A DNA stretch of 55,886 bases from Dehalococcoidia bacterium (GTDB lineage: Bacteria; Chloroflexota; Dehalococcoidia; GIF9; AB-539-J10). The position numbers were made by a program, and so were the translations under genes. Positions 1-9,225 of the stretch are shown piece by piece; position 1 is the stretch's first letter, and each line of letters starts with the position of its first letter. The notes under the pieces are model-generated. The model searched no databases, was not told the origin of the DNA, and was given only the letters and a program-made list of their open reading frames with translations. Where the stretch lies: contig PUON01000057.1 of assembly GCA_003552125.1 (NCBI GenBank), positions 1 to 55,886 of the forward strand, written 5' to 3'.

Positions 1-387
1 GAGTTCAGACAGGCGGTGCTTGATACCCTGGGCATTCCCGGCGAATACTGCCTCGACATCTATGGCATGGTAGAGGGCAATGGATGGATGGTGCAGTGCC
101 CGGAAGGGCACTACCTGCACGTACCCTACACGTACTTCAAGCCGCTCGTGCTGGAGGAGGCGCAGCGACCCCTGCCGTACGGCGAGTGGGGACGCTTCGG
201 GTTCCTCGATGCCTCGGCTTACAGCTATCCCGGATTCATCCTCACCGGCGACACCGCCCGCGTGCTTGAGCGGTGTCCCGTGTGTGACCGCCCGGGCCCA
301 GTCCTCGATCCTGAGATCCGACGCGCATCCGGACAGGGTGATCGTGGCTGTGCGGTTGAGGTGAGGAAGCTGTTCTCGATGGATTGA
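1..387 (+). CDS. LuxE-like acyl-protein synthetase, C-terminal part (5' truncated by window edge)
   Basis: Frame 1 is open from base 1 to TGA 385-387. Motifs DIYGMVE, GRFGFLDASAYSYPGFILTGD and C-terminal RGCA match my recollection of LuxE/PaaK-like acyl-protein synthetases (LuxE is acylated on a C-terminal Cys). Confidence 0.7.
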   Translation, partial: EFRQAVLDTLGIPGEYCLDIYGMVEGNGWMVQCPEGHYLHVPYTYFKPLVLEEAQRPLPYGEWGRFGFLDASAYSYPGFILTGDTARVLERCPVCDRPGPVLDPEIRRASGQGDRGCAVEVRKLFSMD

Positions 388-461
388 ATCGCAGTGTGTC
401 CTTTGACGTTGGCACCGGAGCGCGTACGCACGAGGGAATCATGACATAATGATTTAGGTGC

Positions 462-1481
462 GTGCACCGACGTGGAAGAGCAGGAAGTGCGCAATTGAGA
501 AGGCGAATCCGTCTTTGGGAAGCGATCGCGCGTGGGTATCTGCCGCCATGGCCGGTGCTGCAGCGAATCATTGCGGGCGTCTTTTTCCTCGCGGTGTTCT
601 TCGTCCCGCGGCGACGTCCGCCCTCAACTCAGTTGCGCAGCATTCGGTCTGCTGAGCGCGCGTACGTCCGTCCTGCTCGCGGCTACGAGATTCCCGAGTA
701 TCGCCCCGGCATGAGATACTGCAATTCAAATGAGAAGTACCTCAGGCCGTCGCTGTACTGCAATTCACAGGCCCCTGCGGTGATTGCGCTCGCGCATCAT
801 CTCGGAGCCTACAGGCTGTCAGAGCGCAACTATGCAGAAGCCTCGTTCGAGTTTGTGAAGCGACACATCACCTTCGAGCTGCTCCCTCTCGGTGAGGTGG
901 AGGAGACGATCCGGCGCGGGACGGGCGCGTGCCTGCACCGGCTGGCGTTGCTCGTGGCGCTATTGCGGACAGCCGGAATCAGAACGCGGCATACCCTGTA
1001 CACGCTGACTTCCATCGACACGATGGCTCGAACAATGGGCAGCGCAGCCGGTGCGAAGTGGAGCAGGGAGACCGGCAGGCTCCTCTACCATGGCCAGGCT
1101 GAGGCGTACATCGATGGCGAGTGGGTGGTGGCCAGCATCGGGCTTACGCCCGAGCGACAGGCGTCCCTTGGCCTGCCCATCACAAGGTTCGGCGAGATCA
1201 CGCTCGGCACGTGGTACTCACCAGACCCCCGGTCCGTAATCACCGTGGAGTCGATTCCTTACGGACTCAATCCACTCATGAGATTCGTCTGTCGCGTGGC
1301 TCCGGCGGCAATCGACAGCGTCAACGCGAACATAGTGGAACAGTGTCGACTGGGCCGGACCGTCCTGGATGAGCTTGGGGAAGAGACCTACGATGCGCGG
1401 GCGCGTCTGGCGCTCCCCGCGGCACAGCTGCAGGTGACGCTGAAGCAACGGAAGGAGATCGTCTTCGGACGGGGAGGGTGA
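462..1481 (+). CDS. Transglutaminase-like superfamily protein
   Basis: Contains GTGACLHRLALLVALLRTAGI (Cys codon 930-932) and YHGQAEAYIDGEW (His codon 1089-1091), typical transglutaminase-like core motifs. Start codon uncertain. Confidence 0.75.
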   Translation: MHRRGRAGSAQLRRRIRLWEAIARGYLPPWPVLQRIIAGVFFLAVFFVPRRRPPSTQLRSIRSAERAYVRPARGYEIPEYRPGMRYCNSNEKYLRPSLYCNSQAPAVIALAHHLGAYRLSERNYAEASFEFVKRHITFELLPLGEVEETIRRGTGACLHRLALLVALLRTAGIRTRHTLYTLTSIDTMARTMGSAAGAKWSRETGRLLYHGQAEAYIDGEWVVASIGLTPERQASLGLPITRFGEITLGTWYSPDPRSVITVESIPYGLNPLMRFVCRVAPAAIDSVNANIVEQCRLGRTVLDELGEETYDARARLALPAAQLQVTLKQRKEIVFGRGG

Positions 1482-1574
1482 TCCGTGAAATGCGTATGAC
1501 CATGATCTCGGAAGACCAGACTCCGAGGCACGTCCAGGCATCGCATGCTTTCCGGCATTCTCAGGAGATCAGGA

Positions 1575-2954
1575 ATGGCTTCGCCTGCAATTGATATCAC
1601 GCCCCCCACCAGTGTGCCGCGTCTGAGCCTCCCCAGAAAGGTTGGCTACGGCCTCGGCAGCTCCGCCTCCAACTTCATCTGGCAGATGGTCAGCTTCTAC
1701 CTCGTCTTCTTCTACACGGAGATCTTCGGCATCCCTGCCGCTGCAGTGGGAACGATACTGCTGGCGTCGCGGGTGTTCGACGCGTTGAACGACCCGTTGA
1801 TGGGACACTTCGCAGACCAGACCCAAACGCGTTGGGGTAGATTTCGGCCCTACCTGCTGTTCAACTCGGTACCTATCGCGGTCATCCTCGTCCTTACGTT
1901 CAGTACGCCCGACCTGTCCGTGTCGGGCAGGATCGTTTATGCGGCGGTCACGTACCTGCTGCTGGGGGTGGCGTACACCGCCATGACCGTGCCGCACACC
2001 GCACTCATGGCATCGATTACGCAGGACACCAATGAGCGGTCCAGCCTGGCCTCCGTGCTTACCATAGCGATATTCTCCACGATTCTGGTTGTCGCAGCAC
2101 TCACTATGCCGCTCGTGAACTCGTTCTCTTCACCACAGACGGGTTTCACTGTGACCGCATGTATCTACGGCGCGGTGGCGATCGTGCTGTACCTTGTCTG
2201 CTTCGCCAGCACGAGGGAACTGCCGGTGACACAGAGATCGCGGCACAGTTTCCGCGAGGCACTGAAACTGCTCCTGGCGAACAAGCCGCTGCTGATACTC
2301 CTTCTGGCAGTGTTCTTCACCCAGGCCGCCAACGACATGCGCACGACCTCGGCCATCTTCTTTCTGAAGTACAACCTGGGAATGGAGTCGTTCTATCCCA
2401 TCTTCATGGCCATAATGATCCTGTCGATGATTGCGGGGGCGCTCGTTAGTCCCGCGCTGGGACGGAGGATCGGCAGTAAGAGGAACCTGTATGCCATCGG
2501 GATGCTCATCGTCATTGTCTCCGGGACTGTTGTCCTGTTCACTCCGTACGAGCACGTGACGGCGATTATTGTGCTGCTGGCCGTGTCGAGTGCCGGAGTC
2601 GGGGTCACGTACGTCATGACCCGGTCGATGCTGGCTGACATGGTCGAGTACGGCGAATGGAAGACAGGGGTTCGGGGGGAGGGCATCACCGTCTCAACCT
2701 ATGGGGTCAGCAACAAGCTCGGCTATGCCGCCGGTGGATCGCTCGCCGCGTTCCTGCTGGCGGCCTCGGGCTATGTGCCCAACGTCATGCAGACGCCGCA
2801 GGCACTGGCGATGATTCGGTACATGCTGGTGCTCTTCCCCATCCTTGCCGGCATCGTTGCCATCGGCATCATGACCTTCTACCGGGTCGATTCCACCTCA
2901 TTCAATCGCATCCTCGAACAGATTCACGAGAGACGGGCATCGCAACGCGAGTAG
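1575..2954 (+). CDS. MFS glycoside-pentoside-hexuronide (GPH):cation symporter
   Basis: About 12 hydrophobic segments. GPH signatures FDALNDPLMG, TRWGRFRPYLL, DMVEYGEWKTGVRGEG. ATG 1575 follows AGGAG at 1563-1567. Confidence 0.92.
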   Translation: MASPAIDITPPTSVPRLSLPRKVGYGLGSSASNFIWQMVSFYLVFFYTEIFGIPAAAVGTILLASRVFDALNDPLMGHFADQTQTRWGRFRPYLLFNSVPIAVILVLTFSTPDLSVSGRIVYAAVTYLLLGVAYTAMTVPHTALMASITQDTNERSSLASVLTIAIFSTILVVAALTMPLVNSFSSPQTGFTVTACIYGAVAIVLYLVCFASTRELPVTQRSRHSFREALKLLLANKPLLILLLAVFFTQAANDMRTTSAIFFLKYNLGMESFYPIFMAIMILSMIAGALVSPALGRRIGSKRNLYAIGMLIVIVSGTVVLFTPYEHVTAIIVLLAVSSAGVGVTYVMTRSMLADMVEYGEWKTGVRGEGITVSTYGVSNKLGYAAGGSLAAFLLAASGYVPNVMQTPQALAMIRYMLVLFPILAGIVAIGIMTFYRVDSTSFNRILEQIHERRASQRE

Positions 2955-3084
2955 CCCGATTGCGCTCGAGCACTGCGGTGCTGGTCAAGTCGGAGTGGCG
3001 CTTGCGGAGAAGGATCGTGAACCTGCTGGGTCCAATACGCGGCGAATAGGCTACAGGCCTCGTGAGAAATGGTCGAAGGGAAGG

Positions 3085-3161
3085 TGGGGTGAACGGTGGG
3101 ATTTGAACCCACGATCTCCAGGGCCACAACCTGGCGCCTTAACCACTCGGCTACGCTCACC
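3085..3161 (-). tRNA. tRNA-His (GUG), with genome-encoded G-1 and CCA
   Basis: Reverse complement folds as a cloverleaf: acceptor GTGAGCG/CGTTCAC, anticodon arm CCAGG-TTGTGGC-CCTGG, T-loop GTTCAAATC. C73 pairs with G-1 (3161); CCA at 3087-3085. Confidence 0.97.
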
Positions 3162-3172
3162 GCGAACGACGT

Positions 3173-3200
3173 ATTATACCGTGAGCAGCCGCTGTGTCAA
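3173..3200 (-). promoter_or_regulatory. Consensus sigma70 promoter of tRNA-His
   Basis: TTGACA (3200-3195), 16 nt spacer, TATAAT (3178-3173), 11 nt before the tRNA 5' end. Confidence 0.75.
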
Positions 3201-3398
3201 AGCACACATGTGGTGAGTGGCTGAGCAGTTGGGTTGCGGTCAGTCGGCCTGCTTCCTCCGGGTAGTATTCCGGAACGCCTGCGAATCCCGGATAGATCAG
3301 GGTCCTTCTGTTGAAGCTTCAGTGGCCCGTCCAGTTTCGCCCTCCGGGCAGACAGGCAGTGCTGATGCTGTGAAGAGAGGCCGGCGACTCTCTGCTTC

Positions 3399-4862
3399 CT
3401 AGTCCAGGTAGTCCTTGAGCTTGCGGCTGAGACTGGGGTGCCGAAGCTTTCTGAGCGCCTTGGCCTCGATCTGGCGGATCCGCTCGCGCGTGAGTTGGAA
3501 CTCCTGGCCAACTTCCTCCAGGGTTCGCGCCCGTTCATCGTTGAGGCCGAATCGCAGCTGCAACACTTTCTTCTCCCTTGGGGTCAGTTCGTCCAGGACT
3601 CTGTCGATCTGTTCCTTAAGCAACTCGCGTGTGGCAATGTCCGAAGGAGCAGGACTCAGCTTATCCTCGACGAAGTCGCCCAGGCGCGCGTCTTCGTCTT
3701 CACCCACGGGCGTGTCGAGAGACATGGGTTGGTGAAACATGTCCCTGAGTTCTTCCACGCGGTCCGGGGAGATGTCAAGCCTTGATGCAATCTCCTCGTA
3801 GCTTGGTTCACGTTGGAGCTCCTGGCTCAGTTGCCGTGTGGTGCGCAGCATTCGGCTCATCGTCTCGACCATGTGCACGGGAATTCTAACGGTACGGGAC
3901 TGATCGGCGATGGCCCTGCCTGCACCCTGTCGAACCCACCACGTCGCGTAGGTGCTGAACTTGAAGCCCCTTCTGTGTTGGTATTTCTCCACGGCGCGCA
4001 TGAGGCCGACGTTGCCCTCCTGTATCAGGTCCAGCAGTGGCATCCCGTGGCCGCAGTACTTCTTCGCGATGCTTACGACGAGTCTCAGATTCGCCTGCGT
4101 CAGGTGGACTTTGGCAGCTCTCGCCGTACGCTTCTGCTCATCGTAGTGCTGGCGAAGCTCGCATTCATGCGGCTGGAGTATGGTCTGCAGTGCCCCTTCA
4201 GAGATCAGGAGCTGTAGTTGCGTAAACGTCTCAGTTTCGAGGAGGTTGAGCGCGCGTGGCGGCAGCAGTCCGCTGTTCACGGACAGACTGACGACGGCTT
4301 CGTCCGATGCTGTGGCCGCCCGCCCGGTCTCATCTGCGATGGCATCAATCAGGCCCGGTTTGATGTCATTGTCGATGGCTGTGCGCAGAACCGGCTCCTG
4401 CAGGAGCTCTCCAAGACTGAGAGCCCGGTCGATACCGAGATGGTTTCTGACGAAATCCAGTAGAGAGTAGGCTTTCACAATGTGTCCGATGATGTCCGAG
4501 GTGAACTCCGCTGCCGACAAGGGATAGCCGTGCTCCTTAAGATACGCGGCCTCGGCGGCCTCGATGTACTTGCCACGCTCGATGTGGGTCGAGAGCTCCC
4601 GCTCCTCCACAGCCGAGAGAAGAGGCACCTGTCCAATCTCCCGGAGATACATGGCGACTGAGTCGTCGAGAACGTCAGGACCCTCGAGGCTTAAGGCTGC
4701 CGACACATCGTCTGCGCCGTAGGCGAAGGTTCCCTCTCTATCCCCCGTGCGGATAGAGGTTGCGTATGAATCATCCGCATTGTCGTCTTCGAGGCGGTCG
4801 ATCATGCCACCGCCCGTGCCGGGCTGGCGATCCGGTGCATTCGTTTCCTGGAGTATATCCAT
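3399..4862 (-). CDS. rpoD: RNA polymerase sigma70 factor, RpoD/SigA-like (possibly a paralogue)
   Basis: Region 1.2 [12 protein letters not shown], region 2 [12 protein letters not shown] / [16 protein letters not shown] / KFSTYATWW, region 4 [28 protein letters not shown]. Start is ATG 4862 or 4805; the ORF-track extension to 5321 overlaps the upstream gene and is not believed. Confidence 0.9.
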   Translation of the reverse strand: MDILQETNAPDRQPGTGGGMIDRLEDDNADDSYATSIRTGDREGTFAYGADDVSAALSLEGPDVLDDSVAMYLREIGQVPLLSAVEERELSTHIERGKYIEAAEAAYLKEHGYPLSAAEFTSDIIGHIVKAYSLLDFVRNHLGIDRALSLGELLQEPVLRTAIDNDIKPGLIDAIADETGRAATASDEAVVSLSVNSGLLPPRALNLLETETFTQLQLLISEGALQTILQPHECELRQHYDEQKRTARAAKVHLTQANLRLVVSIAKKYCGHGMPLLDLIQEGNVGLMRAVEKYQHRRGFKFSTYATWWVRQGAGRAIADQSRTVRIPVHMVETMSRMLRTTRQLSQELQREPSYEEIASRLDISPDRVEELRDMFHQPMSLDTPVGEDEDARLGDFVEDKLSPAPSDIATRELLKEQIDRVLDELTPREKKVLQLRFGLNDERARTLEEVGQEFQLTRERIRQIEAKALRKLRHPSLSRKLKDYLD

Positions 4863-5098
4863 ATATGAGGCGTGTCGACCCGGGGTGCACTCTCCTGATA
4901 GAGACCGGGGGCACACCCACAACAGTATCACAGAAGCGCTCCGGACGCGCAGCTTATGAGTGCGTTCTGCTGTGGATGTGCCAAAGCGGCGAAGGTTACG
5001 GGGTCGTGCCGAATGGTCCCACTGTATACACCCGCTCAGGCCGGCCGGCATCGATTCGCGCATGCGCCACCGATGGCTGGCAGGGCCTTCCGGCGCTA

Positions 5099-6205
5099 TC
5101 AGGTGCTGAGTGCCGACTCGAGATACTCGGTCAGTGGCGTCAGGCCGTGTCCGGGTGGAGTCACGTGTGTTGAGTACAGGTACAGATCGTGCTCGTACGT
5201 AACTCCCATAGCACCGTGCACCTGGTGAGCCAGGCCCATGAACCTGGGGATAACGTCGTGTGCACAGGCGCAGGCGATCGCCGCATCCCGACCAGCATCG
5301 AGTCCTTCGCTGATTCTCCACGCCGCGTGGTAGGTGCTCATCCGCAGCGCCTCGAGCATGATGTGCATGTCGGCGCAGTAGTGCTGCAGGACCTGGAAGG
5401 AGCCTATCGGCTGGCCGAACTGCCTGCGTTCTCGCGCATAGGCCACTGTATCCTCGAGTACCCAGGTCAGCGCACCCACGTTATCCATGCACCTTGCGAC
5501 GTCCATGCGCTGTCGGGCGTGGCTGACCAGTTGGGCTGCCGGTTCGTCCTGTGTCACGAAAGCGGATGCAGGCAATCTCACCTGTTGGAGGTCCAGGCGA
5601 CACGGCCGGTTGTCAAAGGCCGAATCGAGCGCCGTTACGAGCACTCCTTCGGTGTCGGCGGGTACCACCAGCAACGCTTCGCCCGGCTGATCGGTCGCCC
5701 GTGCCCTGCAGAGGAACTGGGATGCTGAGGCGCCGTGGTGGACGAACAGGTGTGTACCATTAAGCACGAACCCGTCGCTCTCACGTACGGCTTCCGGGAG
5801 CTTTCCGTAGCCATCTGCATCATGACAGCCGTTGAACGCCGGAACGAGGATGCTGTCGCCGGTCGCGACTCGCTCGAGCGTTTCCGCATGTGCCTCTGCC
5901 CCCGCCTCCCCCAGCAGCAGGCCGGAGCCTGCGGTCACGTCGGCGAACAGTGAGGGTACACATGCGTAGCCCATCTCTTCGATCAGGACACAGAGGTCCA
6001 GGAAGGACATCCCGCTCCCCCCCGCGGCCTCAGGCAGCGCCAGTCCGAGCCAGCCCAGCTCCCCCAATTGTTGCCACAGCCCGGGCGGTTGACCCTGACC
6101 GGACTTCCGGACCGCGCGTATGGTTGTTGGCGGGCAGTTCTCCGACAGAAACTCGCGTGCGCTGGTGCGCAGCATTTCCTGAGTCTCGTTGAGCTGTATG
6201 TCCAT
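5099..6205 (-). CDS. Acyl-CoA dehydrogenase family protein, short beta-type subunit
   Basis: ACAD fold with [16 protein letters not shown] and HQVHGAMG retained. The SEPxAGSD and GxKxW motifs are degenerate. Confidence 0.88.
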   Translation of the reverse strand: MDIQLNETQEMLRTSAREFLSENCPPTTIRAVRKSGQGQPPGLWQQLGELGWLGLALPEAAGGSGMSFLDLCVLIEEMGYACVPSLFADVTAGSGLLLGEAGAEAHAETLERVATGDSILVPAFNGCHDADGYGKLPEAVRESDGFVLNGTHLFVHHGASASQFLCRARATDQPGEALLVVPADTEGVLVTALDSAFDNRPCRLDLQQVRLPASAFVTQDEPAAQLVSHARQRMDVARCMDNVGALTWVLEDTVAYARERRQFGQPIGSFQVLQHYCADMHIMLEALRMSTYHAAWRISEGLDAGRDAAIACACAHDVIPRFMGLAHQVHGAMGVTYEHDLYLYSTHVTPPGHGLTPLTEYLESALST

Positions 6206-6237
6206 GCTTGTGCTCCATTCGTTGCGCTGTGGGAGGG

Positions 6238-7407
6238 CTATGATGGCAGGCCGAGTCCGCGCGTTGCGATGATGTTCTTGAGAACCTCAGTGCTGCCAGC
6301 CTGGAGGCTGTAGCCCTTCGATGCGAAGTACGAGTGCACTGCGAGACCACCGGTTGCGGCCAGCGGTACCGAAGCGGTCAGACCGCCGTACGGCCCGAGC
6401 AGCTCCATGGCGGTATTGGCGAGTCTCTGCTCGAACGTGGTGCCATACACCTTCGAGGTGGCTGCCTCAATGGTGGGTGGTCGGCCCTCGTCCATCACGG
6501 CGGCAGCCTTGTACATCAGGAGTCGACCCGTCTCGAACTGTACCTCGAGCTCGGCCATCACCGAGCGCACGCGGGATTCCTCGATCAGGGGCCGCCCGTC
6601 TTTCTTCGTCTCTGCGACGAAGCGCTTGAGGCTCGCGTACAGCGGGTAGTTACCCATCAACCGTTCCATGCCGCCGCGCTCGTAGGCAAGCTCCTCCACT
6701 ACGTGGTAGAAGCCCTTGTTCCGTTCTCCTATCACGCACTCTTTGGGAACCGGCACGTTGTCGAAGAAGATGTCGTTCCAGGCCTCGGTCCCCGTGATAT
6801 CCACCATGGGTACGCGTGATATGCCCGGCAGGTCCATTGGTACGAGAAACTCGGTGATACCCTTGTGCTTCGGCGCGTCCGGATCGGTTCGCGCGAAGAG
6901 ATCGATGTAGTTGATGTAGGATCCGCCACTGGTCCAGGTCTTCTGTCCGTTGATGATGAAGCAGTCGTCCTGCTCCTCCGCTCTGGTCATCAGTGACGCG
7001 AGGTCGGAGCCCGCTTCGGTCTCGCTCATGCCCAGTCCCACGAACATCTCGCCTCGAATTATTCGTGGCAGGTACTCCTGTCGCTGTTCCTCGGTACCGT
7101 ACCGCAGTATCGAGCCGCCTATCTGCCGGTCGGCAAACCAGTGACACGCCGCGGGTGCACCATAGCGAAGCATCTCCTCGGTCACGATGAGCCGGTCGAC
7201 AAAGCTGCGTTCCTGCCCGCCGTACCGTCGGGGCCAGGTCAGTCCAATCCAGCCACGGTCCGCGACTCTGCGGGTAAAGTCCGGATTGAACTCCTGTATC
7301 CATGCGTCGCATGCGGGCTGCCACCTGTCCTCGGCTATCTCCCGCTGGAGGAATGATCGCACTTCGTCGCGTAGCGCCTCCTGCTCTGAAGCGAATGCGA
7401 AATCCAT
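6238..7407 (-). CDS. Acyl-CoA dehydrogenase, catalytic alpha-type subunit
   Basis: GMSETEAGSDL, GQKTWTSG, LAYERG (candidate catalytic Glu), GSTEVLKNIIATRGLGLP. Confidence 0.92.
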   Translation of the reverse strand: MDFAFASEQEALRDEVRSFLQREIAEDRWQPACDAWIQEFNPDFTRRVADRGWIGLTWPRRYGGQERSFVDRLIVTEEMLRYGAPAACHWFADRQIGGSILRYGTEEQRQEYLPRIIRGEMFVGLGMSETEAGSDLASLMTRAEEQDDCFIINGQKTWTSGGSYINYIDLFARTDPDAPKHKGITEFLVPMDLPGISRVPMVDITGTEAWNDIFFDNVPVPKECVIGERNKGFYHVVEELAYERGGMERLMGNYPLYASLKRFVAETKKDGRPLIEESRVRSVMAELEVQFETGRLLMYKAAAVMDEGRPPTIEAATSKVYGTTFEQRLANTAMELLGPYGGLTASVPLAATGGLAVHSYFASKGYSLQAGSTEVLKNIIATRGLGLPS

Positions 7408-7419
7408 GGCTCACGCTCC

Positions 7420-8988
7420 CTATAGAGTGATGTTAGAGTACTTCCGCGGCGGCCTTTCGGCACGCTTACGAGCGAGGGCGTCCAGTGCGCGGTTGATGTG
7501 GCTGCGTGTGGCCGCAGGCTGAATGATGTCGTCAACGTATCCCCGCTCGGCCGCTGGATATGGGCTTTCGTACATATCGGCGTACTCCTTGAGCTTACGC
7601 CTGCGTTCCTCTTCCGGATCCGCTGCGTTCCTGATCTCCTTGGCGAAGATGACGCTTGCGGCGGTCTCTGCCCCGACGATGGAGATACGCGCCGTCGGCC
7701 ACGCGAAGACGAAGTCGGCGCCTATAGACTTATCGAGCATGCCATAGTGGGCCCCCGCGTACGACTTCCGCAGGATGACCGAGATGAGAGGGACCGTGGC
7801 GTCAGCCCATGAGAACAGCAGTTTTGCCCCATGGCGCAAAATGCCGTTCCAGTCCTGCTGCGAACCAATCAGGTAGCCCGGACAATCCGTCAGTGATATC
7901 AGTGGTACATTGAAGAGGTCGCAGAACCGTATGAATCGGGCGATCTTGTCGCACGCGTTGATGTCCAGCACACCGGCACGGGCGGTGGGCTGGTTTGCTA
8001 CGAGGCCGACGGTCCTGCCGTTGAACCGGGCGAATCCGGTGATGGCATTGGTGGCGTAGTACGGCAGCATCTCGAAGTAGCGGCCATCGTCGACGATGGC
8101 GTGGATCACCTTCTTCATATCGTAGGCCCGCGTGGGGTGATCCGGGATCAGGTCGTCCAGCTCTGCTGCCTGCCTGTCCACGGGATCGTTGGTGGCCGTC
8201 CGTGGTACCTCGTCTGCGTTGTTCGACGGCAGGAAATCGAGCAGCTCCCTGCAGCGGTCGATACACTCCTCGTCCGAGTCGGCAACTATGTGTGTCTGAC
8301 CGGACTTGACGGCGTGGCTGTGCCAGCCGCAGAGGTCCTCGAGGCTGATTTCCTCACCCGTTTGTGTCTTGACGAAGGCAGGACCGGCGATTCCCATGAA
8401 ACCGGTGCTGCGGTTCTGGATCACGAAATCCATCATCACCGGGTGGTACGCCTGTCCGCCGAGGCACGGCCCCAGCAGGAGCGATATCTGCGGGATGATC
8501 CCGGATGCTTCTATCTGCTCCCGAAACGTCCAGCCGTAGGCCTCGAGCGTGTCCATGCCCTCATGCAGGCGCGCCCCGGCTGAATCGTTCATCGTCACAA
8601 ACGGCCAGCCGTTCTCTTTGGCGAACCGTATGGCGCGTGCCAGCTTGCGGCCGTGGTACTCGCCGAACGTGCCCATCATGGCAGTGAAATCCTCGGCGGC
8701 GGCAACGACCGTGCGTCCGTTCACAGGACCAAAACCTGTGATAATGCCCTCGGCCGGGATCTCGCGGGCATCCATGCCGAACGCGGTCGTGCGATGCTTG
8801 ACCCAAAGGCCGATCTCGGTAAACGCACCTTCATCGAACAGGTACCCGAGGCGCTCGCGTGCGGTCATCTGCCCCCTGGCGTGGCGTTCCTCGATTGCCT
8901 TCTCTCCTCCCATCTGGAGCAGGTGCTGACGTCGCGAACTCCACTCGTCCAGTCGTTGTCTGGTGCTCTTCTCTACCGGTTTGTCCAT
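7420..8988 (-). CDS. Acyl-CoA carboxylase/decarboxylase carboxyltransferase (beta) subunit
   Basis: HARGQMTARERL, DSAGARLHEG, GPCLGG, IARFIRFCDLFNVPLISLTDCPG, RKSYAGA. 522 aa, PccB/MmdA-like. Confidence 0.92.
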   Translation of the reverse strand: MDKPVEKSTRQRLDEWSSRRQHLLQMGGEKAIEERHARGQMTARERLGYLFDEGAFTEIGLWVKHRTTAFGMDAREIPAEGIITGFGPVNGRTVVAAAEDFTAMMGTFGEYHGRKLARAIRFAKENGWPFVTMNDSAGARLHEGMDTLEAYGWTFREQIEASGIIPQISLLLGPCLGGQAYHPVMMDFVIQNRSTGFMGIAGPAFVKTQTGEEISLEDLCGWHSHAVKSGQTHIVADSDEECIDRCRELLDFLPSNNADEVPRTATNDPVDRQAAELDDLIPDHPTRAYDMKKVIHAIVDDGRYFEMLPYYATNAITGFARFNGRTVGLVANQPTARAGVLDINACDKIARFIRFCDLFNVPLISLTDCPGYLIGSQQDWNGILRHGAKLLFSWADATVPLISVILRKSYAGAHYGMLDKSIGADFVFAWPTARISIVGAETAASVIFAKEIRNAADPEEERRRKLKEYADMYESPYPAAERGYVDDIIQPAATRSHINRALDALARKRAERPPRKYSNITL

Positions 8989-9225
8989 GACTCTCCTTCC
9001 GACGTTGCGCTGATCGTGCCGTGCCGGGTGCTGCCGGAACCCCTATCTTAAGCCCGTTAAGGGGACACGTTCAAGCGCACAACTGCTCGCTTGGAGGCAG
9101 GCTGTTTCTTTGACATTACTTTGCACTCGATGCTACGCTATTTGCAGGGTGAACCTGCGAGTGGTTCGGTAACGCCATATAACACAACGAGTAATGGTGC
9201 TACGGGAATCGGGTTAGCGTTACAA

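Noticed and set aside
3246-3265. CCGGAGGAAGCAG on the minus strand, resembling SRP RNA helix 8
   Set aside because: The upstream CAGG half of the conserved internal loop is missing and no long enclosing hairpin is evident.
4863-5321. N-terminal 153-aa extension of the sigma factor ORF
   Set aside because: Overlaps the acyl-CoA dehydrogenase 3' end on the same strand, has no sigma motifs and reads like non-coding sequence.
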